DNA of 32,000 nucleotides from Klebsiella sp. I138 (GTDB lineage: Bacteria; Pseudomonadota; Gammaproteobacteria; Enterobacterales; Enterobacteriaceae), in contig NZ_CP180447.1 in NCBI RefSeq assembly GCF_051131765.1, positions 3,003,893-3,035,892 on the forward strand, written 5' to 3'. Each line of letters begins with the position of its first letter. Position 1 is the first letter of the stretch. Of this stretch, positions 10,144-17,474 are shown piece after piece. The position numbers were made by a program, and so were the translations under genes. Below the pieces are notes generated by a model. The model was given only the letters and a program-made list of their open reading frames with translations, made no database searches and was not told where the DNA came from.

Positions 10144-11833
10144 TGTATATCTGAAAGGTTTTCGAAACTATTCTGATAGTTTTATAAAATTCAACCACTC
10201 AACTTTGATAATTGGAAGCAATGACGTTGGGAAAACCAACCTTTTGTATTCACTGAGAATTTTATTAGATAAAAGTTTCTCGGATTTAGATATCGAGCCA
10301 AAAAATAGTGATTTTCACATTGATGGAAAAGGCAACCAATGTGATGAATTAGAAATAATCATCAATTTTCGAGAAATAAAAGAAGATGCTGTACTTTCTA
10401 AGTTAGGAGGATACGTAAGTGATGACTCCGAAACATTTATTAAATACAAAGCGAGTAGAAATACTCTAGACTACAAATTATACATCGGTCATAAAGAAAC
10501 TGATATGGACGAGATTAATGGTAGGTTTTATCTAAAATATCTTAACCTACGTTACGTCAATTCTCAAAGAGATCTTGCTAGATATATATCATCAGAAAAA
10601 AAGCATTTGTTAAGACTTGCTCAAGAAATGAGGGATCATGAACAGGTGATAAAAGACGAGGAAACTTTAAATTCATTAAGTGATTTATTGGTTAATGTAA
10701 ACGATAAAGTTAAAGAGATAAGTTATGTTTCATCGGCGACAAAAGAATTAAATGATGAATTAAAAAAACTATCTTATAACAATGAAAAAATTTCTGTTAT
10801 GCTCGACTCTGGAGCAATCGGCATCGACCAATTCATTGAGAAGTTAGAATTAAGTTCAAATACAAATGGTAAAAAAGTAATGCTTGGTGGAGATGGATTC
10901 AACAATCAAATATTACTTGCATTATGGAAAGCTAAAAGTGTACGTGAGCATGACACTGAGAACGAAGTTGTAATATATTGCGTTGAAGAGCCTGAGTCAC
11001 ATCTTTATCCACATCAACAAAGAAAACTATCTGAGTATCTAATTAATAAATTACCCGGACAATCTCTTGTTACAACCCATTCACCACAGATTGCCGTTAA
11101 TTACTCACCTGATTCAATAATTAAAATATGTTCATCCGATGGTGAGTCTTACGCTGCAAGTGAGGGATGTTCTGATTGCATAAGTGATGCATGGAATGGA
11201 ATGGGATACAGGATAAGCATATTACCCGCAGAAGCTTTTTTTGCAGATGTGGTTTTTTTAGTTGAAGGCCCATCTGAAATGTTATTCTATCAAGCTCTTG
11301 CTAAAGAATGTGATATTGATTTGGACTTTTATAACATAAGTATTTTATCAGTTGACGGAGTCCAATTTGAAGTTTATAGAAAAATTCTTGATTCATTTGA
11401 AATAAAATGGGTTGCACGGACGGATAATGATGTATCTAAAGTACCTAGAAAAGAAGAATGGCAATATGCAGGATTAAACAGAGCTTTAGCCCTCTGCAAA
11501 TATGAACCATTAAAAAATGAATTAACAGAAATAACACAAAAACAGAAATTAGAGAAGCATGCCATTTATAAAGATATTCTCAAACAGAACAATATATATG
11601 TTTCAATTGATGACCTTGAGGGCGATATTAGTATTGAACTGAGAGAGCAGCTTAAAGAATATGTAGGGACAGATGATGCAGAAAAGGCAGCTGATTATCT
11701 AAGAGGTAAGAAAGCCACACGAATGCAAGACTTTTTAAAGGAATATTCAAACTCACTCAGCTCAATATATTTCGGGAAATTAATACTACCTCTTTTAACA
11801 TCAGTATCACTCGCAAAGGAGGGTAAGCAATGA
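10130..11833 (+). CDS. gajA: GajA: OLD-family ABC-ATPase / TOPRIM nuclease of a Gabija defence system
   Basis: 567 aa. Walker A GSNDVGKTNLLYSLRILLDK, Walker B/D-loop VVIYCVEEPESHL, H-loop TTHSP, then TOPRIM glutamate FLVEGPSEMLF and the DxD motif RTDND. The motif string matches Bacillus cereus GajA as I remember it (GMNDIGKTNFLYALRFLLDK, IYLIEEPE, STHSP, LIEGPSEK, KTDND). GGAG Shine-Dalgarno 7 nt upstream. The start overlaps the int 3' end by 14 nt. Confidence 0.88.
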   Translation: MYINSVYLKGFRNYSDSFIKFNHSTLIIGSNDVGKTNLLYSLRILLDKSFSDLDIEPKNSDFHIDGKGNQCDELEIIINFREIKEDAVLSKLGGYVSDDSETFIKYKASRNTLDYKLYIGHKETDMDEINGRFYLKYLNLRYVNSQRDLARYISSEKKHLLRLAQEMRDHEQVIKDEETLNSLSDLLVNVNDKVKEISYVSSATKELNDELKKLSYNNEKISVMLDSGAIGIDQFIEKLELSSNTNGKKVMLGGDGFNNQILLALWKAKSVREHDTENEVVIYCVEEPESHLYPHQQRKLSEYLINKLPGQSLVTTHSPQIAVNYSPDSIIKICSSDGESYAASEGCSDCISDAWNGMGYRISILPAEAFFADVVFLVEGPSEMLFYQALAKECDIDLDFYNISILSVDGVQFEVYRKILDSFEIKWVARTDNDVSKVPRKEEWQYAGLNRALALCKYEPLKNELTEITQKQKLEKHAIYKDILKQNNIYVSIDDLEGDISIELREQLKEYVGTDDAEKAADYLRGKKATRMQDFLKEYSNSLSSIYFGKLILPLLTSVSLAKEGKQ

Positions 11834-13452
11834 TTAATTACACAAAAGAACAAAGTATAGCAATAGAGTATCCATCGAGTATGGTATTAACAGCCTGTCC
11901 CGGAAGCGGTAAGACAGCCGTAATTGTTTCTAAAATAGTAAACGATTTAGCTCTTTGCAACGACTATCAAGGTGTTATTGCTATTTCTTATACAAACAAG
12001 GCTAGTGATGAACTGAAAAAAAGATGTTTAAAAGTAATTTCAGAACCAAAGTCAAGCTTCTTTGGCACGATTGATAAATTTTATCTAACTGAGATAATCT
12101 ATCAATATATCAAGCATATTTGGGGGTATACCGATAAAATAAAAATCATAAAATTCAATGAGCTAGATGAGGCAACCAAAGATAAACTCTCTTGTTTTTC
12201 AAATACTGAGGATGTATGTAAAAAAATTGACACATATGACTTCAAAGAAGTTCGTGATTTATACATCAAGGGTTATATAGTTTTAGAATTCATCCCTTTA
12301 ATTTCTTTTTACGTTTTAATAAACTCTTTATCCTGTCGTAGATATCTGGCAAAAAGATATAAATCCATATATATTGATGAATATCAAGATGCTGGATTTA
12401 TTCAACACCTAATTTTCTTATCCCTATTTAAACTCGGAATTAAAGCTGTTGCTGTTGGGGACGTTGACCAATCTATATACGCTTATGCAGGAAAAAGCTC
12501 AAGATACTTGTCATCATTGTTAGATGAAAAAAGTGGCTTTAAACCATTCGAAATAACAATAAACCATCGTTCTCACCCTTCAATCATTAACTATGCATCT
12601 CGATTAATAAATGAAAACTCTTCTTTGTTAACAAGCGATACTATACATGTATATAGAACTACAATTAATGGTTCCCAGGAAGATATTGTCAAATGGATTG
12701 ACTCTAATATTGGTAGTGTCAAATCCACTTTTGGAATAAAAAAAGAAAGTGAAATTGCCATTCTGGCCGCGACAAATAGCTCAGTTTCGTTAGTGTCTGG
12801 AATAATAAAGACAAAATCTAGAGCTTACCTTGATGATGATCTTTCCATAATAGGCGGGGAAACATCCCTCTTATTAAAAGAACTATTGCGATTTCGTTTT
12901 AATCAAATGGCAACCGCACAAGAGATCATTGATAGTTTAAGAGATAAAGTTTTTGAGAAAAACTTACTGAGAGAAATGAGGTGTGTGATTAAGGATGTAA
13001 GAAAGGCCAGTGAACCTCAACTGATCCCCACATTACGCAAAGCAGTGAAATTATTAATTACTAGTGACATCTCCTCTCAGCATATTGATGCAATTAACTC
13101 AGTCATTCAAAACAAAATGATGCTTAATAATTACTTACCTGTTAGTGAAAATGAGTTGCAGATAATGACCTTGCATAAAGCAAAAGGTCTTGAATTTGAT
13201 TTTGTTTTTCATCTAGATCTTTATGATTGGATATTACCTCGGCGCGAATATATAAAAAATTGCTTTGATGAGGTTTTCTCTCACTATGACCAATGTCTTA
13301 ATCTTCATTATGTTGGAGTTACTCGAGCAAAAAAAGCCATTGTATTAATAAACTCCACGGAAAGATTTAATTTCCAGCATGATTTAAAAAGAGCAAAACC
13401 CTCTCAGTTTCTCTCATTAAACGGACTTGAAGGACTCTATAAAAACATTTAA
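11830..13452 (+). CDS. gajB: GajB: UvrD/PcrA-like SF1 helicase of a Gabija defence system
   Basis: 540 aa. SF1 motifs are CPGSGKT (I), ISYTNKA (Ia), YIDEYQD (II), GDVDQSIY (III), INHRS (IV), LHKAKGLEFDFV (V) and HYVGVTRAKK (VI). ATGA overlap with gajA. Same very AT-rich composition as gajA. Confidence 0.88.
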   Translation: MINYTKEQSIAIEYPSSMVLTACPGSGKTAVIVSKIVNDLALCNDYQGVIAISYTNKASDELKKRCLKVISEPKSSFFGTIDKFYLTEIIYQYIKHIWGYTDKIKIIKFNELDEATKDKLSCFSNTEDVCKKIDTYDFKEVRDLYIKGYIVLEFIPLISFYVLINSLSCRRYLAKRYKSIYIDEYQDAGFIQHLIFLSLFKLGIKAVAVGDVDQSIYAYAGKSSRYLSSLLDEKSGFKPFEITINHRSHPSIINYASRLINENSSLLTSDTIHVYRTTINGSQEDIVKWIDSNIGSVKSTFGIKKESEIAILAATNSSVSLVSGIIKTKSRAYLDDDLSIIGGETSLLLKELLRFRFNQMATAQEIIDSLRDKVFEKNLLREMRCVIKDVRKASEPQLIPTLRKAVKLLITSDISSQHIDAINSVIQNKMMLNNYLPVSENELQIMTLHKAKGLEFDFVFHLDLYDWILPRREYIKNCFDEVFSHYDQCLNLHYVGVTRAKKAIVLINSTERFNFQHDLKRAKPSQFLSLNGLEGLYKNI

Positions 13453-13783
13453 TTGCACGGTATTCCCCCCCCTGCCTCTTGTAACATTCGAATCAGGGGG
13501 TTAACTTAAATCTAAAATAGAATTAATACATGTGATTAGTCAGCTGATAACTTTGAGGTTTCTCTTTCCTCTAAAACCGGTCTCTTTTTGAAACAGAAAT
13601 TAAGGGTTTCCGTAATCTCGGGCAGCATCTACTTCTACTTGACCTAACCGCCTCAAAAGCTCACCACGCCCCCGAACAGCACCGCACCACCCACCGACAC
13701 TCCCGTGAACCCGCGCAGCGCAGCGACGCGCTCAGGCCGCCAAATTAAATATCATTAAATAAATACTTTACCGCTGGCGCGCA

Positions 13784-13802
13784 GTGCTTTCCCCGCCTCG
13801 CC
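13784..13802. other. P2/P4 cos cohesive-end sequence
   Basis: GTGCTTTCCCCGCCTCGCC is the exact reverse complement of the 19-nt P2/P4 cohesive end GGCGAGGCGGGGAAAGCAC as I recall it. It lies about 175 bp beyond the psu stop, as in P4. Confidence 0.8.
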
Positions 13803-13975
13803 TGCCCGCTTCGTGGGTCGGTTTTCATGCAGGTGCGTGGGCAGGCCCTGGCCGCGCCGGGACAGGGCTGCGAAGGGAGTGACGGGACGGGAAAACGCAT
13901 GCAAAGCCATGCACCCTGTGGATGCATGGCTTAATTCGGGAAAAATAGCGGTATTTTCGGGGATTTTTGCGGAGG

Positions 13976-14542
13976 CTACCTGCCGGCCAGTTCCGTGCGC
14001 CGGCGGGCATAAATCAGGCTCTGTGCGGGGGTGTATTTTTCCTGATTATCCACCCGCGAAGCCGCGTCAGGCCTGAATCCGATGGCCGTTAAAATATCGC
14101 TGTCTTCTACGGCATAATTAATTTCTTCACCGGTACTCAGCCACACGGACAGGGCTTCCCTCAGGTAATGCGCCGAACGGTCGAGCGCATGGACGGTCAG
14201 GAGTGCGGGCTGCTGACTGAGACCCATCAGCTCCGGGGCAAGCGTGGCGGCCAGTTCAGCACCGTGCGCCTGCATAAAGTCATTCAGCCGGTTGCGGATA
14301 CTGATGCGCTGCACCGCTTCATGGGAGCGGATATAGCGCCCGGCGGCCTGATTAATTTCCCATTTTTTGACATCCATAATGTCGCGCAGTTCCTGCATAA
14401 TTGCCGGGATACGTTCATCCCCGGCCAGCACCTGCTTGCGGTATTCCTGCTCTGTGGCCGCCAGCTCGGCTTTACGGTTCAGCCAGGCGGTTTTGTTATT
14501 CTGACAGGCCTCAAAGGCCTGCTGTAGCGTAATGGTGGTCAT
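13976..14542 (-). CDS. psu: Psu, polarity suppression / capsid decoration protein (Rho antagonist)
   Basis: 188 aa, collinear with P4 Psu: LQQAFEACQNNKTAWLNRKAELAA, NQAAGRYIRSHEAVQRISIRNRLNDFMQ, INYAVEDSDILTAIGFRPD. Confidence 0.92.
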   Translation of the reverse strand: MTTITLQQAFEACQNNKTAWLNRKAELAATEQEYRKQVLAGDERIPAIMQELRDIMDVKKWEINQAAGRYIRSHEAVQRISIRNRLNDFMQAHGAELAATLAPELMGLSQQPALLTVHALDRSAHYLREALSVWLSTGEEINYAVEDSDILTAIGFRPDAASRVDNQEKYTPAQSLIYARRRTELAGR

Positions 14543-14559
14543 GGTCAGTTCTCCCCTGA

Positions 14560-14805
14560 TTAATGACGGTATGGCGAGCTGTAGCAGCCCTGCACTTTAC
14601 GGGGTGCCGGAGGCGTGACCGGCTCCGCGACAGGCGGCGTTTTCTCCGCCGGGGGCCGGATAACCTCGTCGATGGCTTCAGTGGTGCGGAACGTCGCCGA
14701 GCACTCAATATTGGTGCACTGGTGGTAGCGCTGTTTGACGTTCTCCGACAGGTAGCGGGAGGTACGGGTATGCGCTGACTTTTTGCAGAACGGACAGTGC
14801 ATCAT
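14560..14805 (-). CDS. delta: Delta, Ogr/Delta-family zinc-finger late-gene activator (single-domain form)
   Basis: 81 aa. CPFC...(21)...CTNIEC four-cysteine motif of Ogr/Delta. Its ATG overlaps the sid stop (ATGA). Confidence 0.9.
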   Translation of the reverse strand: MMHCPFCKKSAHTRTSRYLSENVKQRYHQCTNIECSATFRTTEAIDEVIRPPAEKTPPVAEPVTPPAPRKVQGCYSSPYRH

Positions 14806-15539
14806 GGCAGCAGCCCCCGCGCTTTCAGGTCAGCCTCGCGCTGACGGATTTTCTCCTGCCAGACTTTACGCTCGCCGGGCGTGCTGGCGGCGTCGTGGTC
14901 CATGTGCGGAAGCGCGACGGCCGGGAAGCCGGTCAGGGAGAGCACCGGCTCATCCGCTGGCGTGACGGAGAAGGCGCTCACTTTCCCGGTCAGGAAGGTG
15001 ACCACCTGCTGCATGACCTCCTTCTCCGGCTCGATGTAGCCCTGATGGCCGGTGGTGTTGGCCAGCGGATTTTCCATCACCTCTGCTTTCAGCACCATCG
15101 CCCGGACCAGTGGCCCGAGGGTGTCATTCAGCGCGCGGTTAAGCTCTTCCTCAGCGTATTTACTCAGCACAGCATGATGCGCCTGGCGGAATGCACGCGC
15201 GGTGCTGTTGCAGGTGGCTTTCAACTGGTCACGCTCAAAGGCCAGCACTTCGGTCAGATTGTCACATTCCTGCGCCAGCTCCCGGCGGGCCACGTGTTCG
15301 ATATGTCCGCTTTTCAGCTCATCGGTCAGCATGGCACCCCCGGCACGGAAAGCGGCGCGCCAGTTGCGGGTATCGCTCCCGTTGTCCTGCTCCAGCTCCG
15401 CTTTCTGCTCCTCCGCGCGGCTGATGGCCGTCAGGGTGTCCTCCATCCGGCGGGCCTGTTCAAGATGGGCCGCTCTGGCCTCGGCCAGTCGCTCCAGCGC
15501 CGGTTTCAGGTAATCAGGGATAAAGGTGGTGTCGGTCAT
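14802..15539 (-). CDS. sid: Sid, external scaffold / capsid size determination protein
   Basis: Collinear with P4 Sid (IPDYLKPALERLAEARAAHLE, NPLANTTGHQGYIEPEK, KARGLL). I place the start at the ATG at 15539 (MTDTTF, GAGGAAA Shine-Dalgarno 7-8 nt upstream), giving 245 aa. The track start at 15605 would run through the Delta-type activator site. Confidence 0.88.
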   Translation of the reverse strand: MTDTTFIPDYLKPALERLAEARAAHLEQARRMEDTLTAISRAEEQKAELEQDNGSDTRNWRAAFRAGGAMLTDELKSGHIEHVARRELAQECDNLTEVLAFERDQLKATCNSTARAFRQAHHAVLSKYAEEELNRALNDTLGPLVRAMVLKAEVMENPLANTTGHQGYIEPEKEVMQQVVTFLTGKVSAFSVTPADEPVLSLTGFPAVALPHMDHDAASTPGERKVWQEKIRQREADLKARGLLP

Positions 15540-15611
15540 GGCAGGTTTCCTCGTGGTTTCAACATGAGGTGATTCTGCCGGGGCACACACAACAAGGCGA
15601 TTCATTGCAGT

Positions 15612-15629
15612 TGTGGCAGTTCTGGCACA
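15612..15629. promoter_or_regulatory. TGT-N12-ACA dyad, Ogr/Delta activator site of the sid late promoter
   Basis: TGTGGCAGTTCTGGCACA lies 73-90 nt upstream of the sid ATG on the - strand. P2/P4 late promoters carry TGT-N12-ACA centred near -55. Confidence 0.55.
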
Positions 15630-15707
15630 AACAGGACGTCAAAACCCGGCTTGCCAGAGAAAGGTCTCAGGAAAAGCATACTCACCGTTTGTTTTTTTAC
15701 TGTTAAC

Positions 15708-15811
15708 TATTCACCACTATTCACCATAAGAAATAATATAAGTAATACAGTAACATAAAGGGTGAACAGTTGAGGGGTTGACTGTTCACCGTCTGTTCAC
15801 CACTGTTCACC
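15708..15811. repeat. ori-like cluster of alpha-protein type I iterons (TGTTCACC)
   Basis: Six copies: TATTCACC x2 (15708, 15718), inverted GGTGAACA (15761), and TGTTCACC x3 (15783, 15794, 15804). The cluster is about 4.1 kb from the crr-like repeats, matching the P4 ori/crr arrangement. Confidence 0.7.
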
Positions 15812-16098
15812 CTGACTGTTTATTAACCGCTGACTGCTTTTGAGTTTTTAGAATTATTTGGAATAATAAATTAATTTAAAATTCCTATTTGTAATTAACG
15901 CCTTTGCCAACAATGGCCAATAACGGTCAATAATGGCCAATATAGGCCAGCACCTTTTTTTGATTAAAAATTAGCCTGCTGTGTGGTGGGCCACTACAAA
16001 ATGACTTGTTGCCCTCGGGGAAAATATTCACAAAATAGAGAGCTACCCGAGGCCGGACGGACACGACCGGCACTGTATGGACTTTATGAGGTAGCCCG

Positions 16099-16365
16099 AT
16101 GCACACCGCTTTTTCTTCCCCGTCTTCTGCCCCTGCCGCGCCGCTGATGCCGGTCTCTGATACCGTTCCGGAGCGCTTTATCCGCCTGCCCGAAGTGATG
16201 CATCTGTGCGGGCTGTCCCGCTCCACGATTTACGACCTCATCAGCCGGGAGGCTTTCCCGAAACAAATCTCGCTCGGCGGAAAAAACGTGGCGTGGGCGC
16301 AGTCGGAAATCACCGCATGGATGGCGGCTCGCATTGCCGAACGCAACCGGGGCTATGACGCATGA
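16099..16365 (+). CDS. vis: Vis/AlpA-family excisionase-regulator (P4 orf88 equivalent)
   Basis: 88 aa, the same length as P4 Vis. AlpA-type [52 protein letters not shown]. Divergent from sid. Confidence 0.85.
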   Translation: MHTAFSSPSSAPAAPLMPVSDTVPERFIRLPEVMHLCGLSRSTIYDLISREAFPKQISLGGKNVAWAQSEITAWMAARIAERNRGYDA

Positions 16366-16400
16366 TGATGCCCGTTCCGCAAAAAGCCCCTTTTTCTGGC

Positions 16401-16430
16401 TTGCTTCCCTTCGTCGTTTCCAGGTATAGT
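16401..16430 (+). promoter_or_regulatory. Candidate early promoter (PLE-like)
   Basis: TTGCTT, an 18-nt spacer, then TATAGT. It sits just upstream of the seqA-like element, the terminator and the CI-like RNA. Confidence 0.4.
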
Positions 16431-16492
16431 TTTGCCGCTGTCGCAAAATCGGCAGCCGGAATTGGCGTTCCGCAATACTCAATGGCGACACC

Positions 16493-16516
16493 AGACGCGC
16501 CACGCGTCTTTTTTTA
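16493..16516 (+). terminator. Rho-independent terminator inside the immunity leader
   Basis: AGACGCG-cca-CGCGTCT hairpin followed by a T7 run. It lies inside the 185-aa track ORF, which argues against that ORF. Confidence 0.65.
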
Positions 16517-16588
16517 CGTCGTTGCTCAGGCACACCTATTTTCCGGGCTGTGGTGTTTACGCACACACCGCAGCTCCAGCAAGATAAT

Positions 16589-16668
16589 GGTGGTCCGGGC
16601 GGGGCAGCCTTCGGGCTGGCCGGTACCCATTGAGGCCGGTTACGCCAACCCCGTTCGGGCTACCACCA
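16589..16668 (+). ncRNA. cI: P4 CI-like immunity RNA (tRNA-like, RNase P-processed class)
   Basis: Hand fold. The closing stem GGUGGU (16589-94) pairs with ACCACC (16662-67), followed by A, giving an RCCA-like 3' end. An extended stem joins CCGGGCGGGG and CCCCGUUCGGG. Inside is a perfect CAGCC-UUCG-GGCUG tetraloop hairpin and a second hairpin GCCGG...CCGGU. An exposed CCGGUUACGCCAACC (16636-50, seqB-like) is complementary to AATTGGCGTT elements at 16460-72 and 16673-87. The boundaries are approximate. Confidence 0.5.
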
Positions 16669-16724
16669 GTGAAATTGGCGTTTCCGGTGGTAGCAGTAAC
16701 CGCTACTCAATGGAGGCTGCCATC

Positions 16725-16919
16725 ATGGCTACTATCCTCACCCCGTCACACCCGCAGTTTGTCTTTGTGTTTGCCGCCGTCCGTCGTGCCGACCGTCAGC
16801 CCCGTATCTGTATGCTCCGCGCCGTCGCCGGGGATGAACACGCCGCACGTCTTTCCCTCGTCCGCGATTACATCCTCTCGTTTGCCGGTCGTCTGCCGGT
16901 AGCGGAGGTGCGCGCATGA
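16725..16919 (+). CDS. Small early-operon protein, possibly Icd-like cell-division inhibitor family
   Basis: 64-aa ORF starting [24 protein letters not shown], with a GGAGG Shine-Dalgarno 8 nt upstream. The C-terminal LSFAGRLPV motif resembles proteins annotated as Icd-like in P4-type prophages (from memory). ATGA coupling to the next gene. This is the only credible part of track ORF 16362-16919. Confidence 0.5.
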   Translation: MATILTPSHPQFVFVFAAVRRADRQPRICMLRAVAGDEHAARLSLVRDYILSFAGRLPVAEVRA

Positions 16920-17143
16920 AACAGCCCGCCATCACCGTCAAAGACCTCGAATGCCTGGAGCACCTGCGTAACGTCGGCCAGTTCGTCGGCGAGCTGATGC
17001 AGGTGCAGGACTGTACTTCCCTGCGTCGTGACCCGACCCAGCAGTTACAGCTCACCTCCGTGATTTACCTCATGACCGCCCAGCTCGACGGCGTGGTCGA
17101 ACGCTGTAATCACCGCTGGTTCACCGGGGAGGGCAACGTATGA
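16916..17143 (+). CDS. Hypothetical early-operon protein (75 aa)
   Basis: Translationally coupled on both sides (ATGA overlaps at 16916 and 17140). It occupies the position held by epsilon/orf151 in P4. I do not recognise the sequence. Confidence 0.55.
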   Translation: MKQPAITVKDLECLEHLRNVGQFVGELMQVQDCTSLRRDPTQQLQLTSVIYLMTAQLDGVVERCNHRWFTGEGNV

Positions 17144-17460
17144 AAACGCCATTACCGCCCGTATTGCGCGCTGCCCTGTATCGCCGCGCCGTGGCCTGTG
17201 CCTGGCTGACCCTGTGCGAACGTCAGCACCGCTATCCCCACCTCACCCTCGACGCGCTGGAAAGCGCCATCGCCGCCGAGCTGGAGGGCTTCTACCTGCG
17301 CCAACACGGCGAGGAAAAAGGCCGTCTGATTGCCTGTGCGCTTCTGGAAGATTTGATGCAGGCCGGGCCGCTGAAAGCCGCCCCGTCGCTGTCCTTCCTC
17401 GGACTCGCCGTGATGGATGAGCTCTGTGCCCGCCATATCACATCGCCTGTACTGCACTGA
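17140..17460 (+). CDS. Hypothetical early-operon protein (106 aa)
   Basis: Coupled to the upstream ORF and ends 14 nt before alpha. Codon usage is like the rest of the satellite. No recognisable motif. Confidence 0.55.
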   Translation: MKTPLPPVLRAALYRRAVACAWLTLCERQHRYPHLTLDALESAIAAELEGFYLRQHGEEKGRLIACALLEDLMQAGPLKAAPSLSFLGLAVMDELCARHITSPVLH

Positions 17461-17474
17461 GGGAGACAATCACC

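Noticed and set aside
10130-13452. Considered whether the OLD-ATPase plus helicase pair is a previously undescribed defence system.
   Set aside because: Motif-by-motif it matches the described Gabija GajA/GajB pair, so it is reported as a known system in an interesting context rather than as new.
13745-14076. Three 60-87-aa ORFs between gajB and psu.
   Set aside because: They overlap each other and the 19-nt cos site, or the psu 3' end. Their Arg/Pro/Ala-rich translations suggest the region is better explained as cos and its flanking packaging sequences.
14895-15572. 225-aa + strand ORF, with nested ORFs at 15191-15513.
   Set aside because: They are antisense to sid, whose translation is collinear with P4 Sid.
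15540-15605. 22-codon 5' extension of sid (track start at 15605).
   Set aside because: There is no Shine-Dalgarno, the extension is not homologous to P4 Sid, and it would begin within about 10 nt of the late-promoter activator dyad. The ATG at 15539 has GAGGAAA upstream.
16084-16566. 160-aa - strand ORF.
   Set aside because: It is antisense to vis and to the immunity leader. It has an Arg-rich, low-complexity translation typical of a shadow frame.
16362-16919. 185-aa + strand ORF offered by the track.
   Set aside because: It reads through a promoter-like element, a strong intrinsic terminator (16493-16516) and the structured CI-like RNA. Only its last 64 codons (from 16725, with a GGAGG Shine-Dalgarno) look like a real gene.
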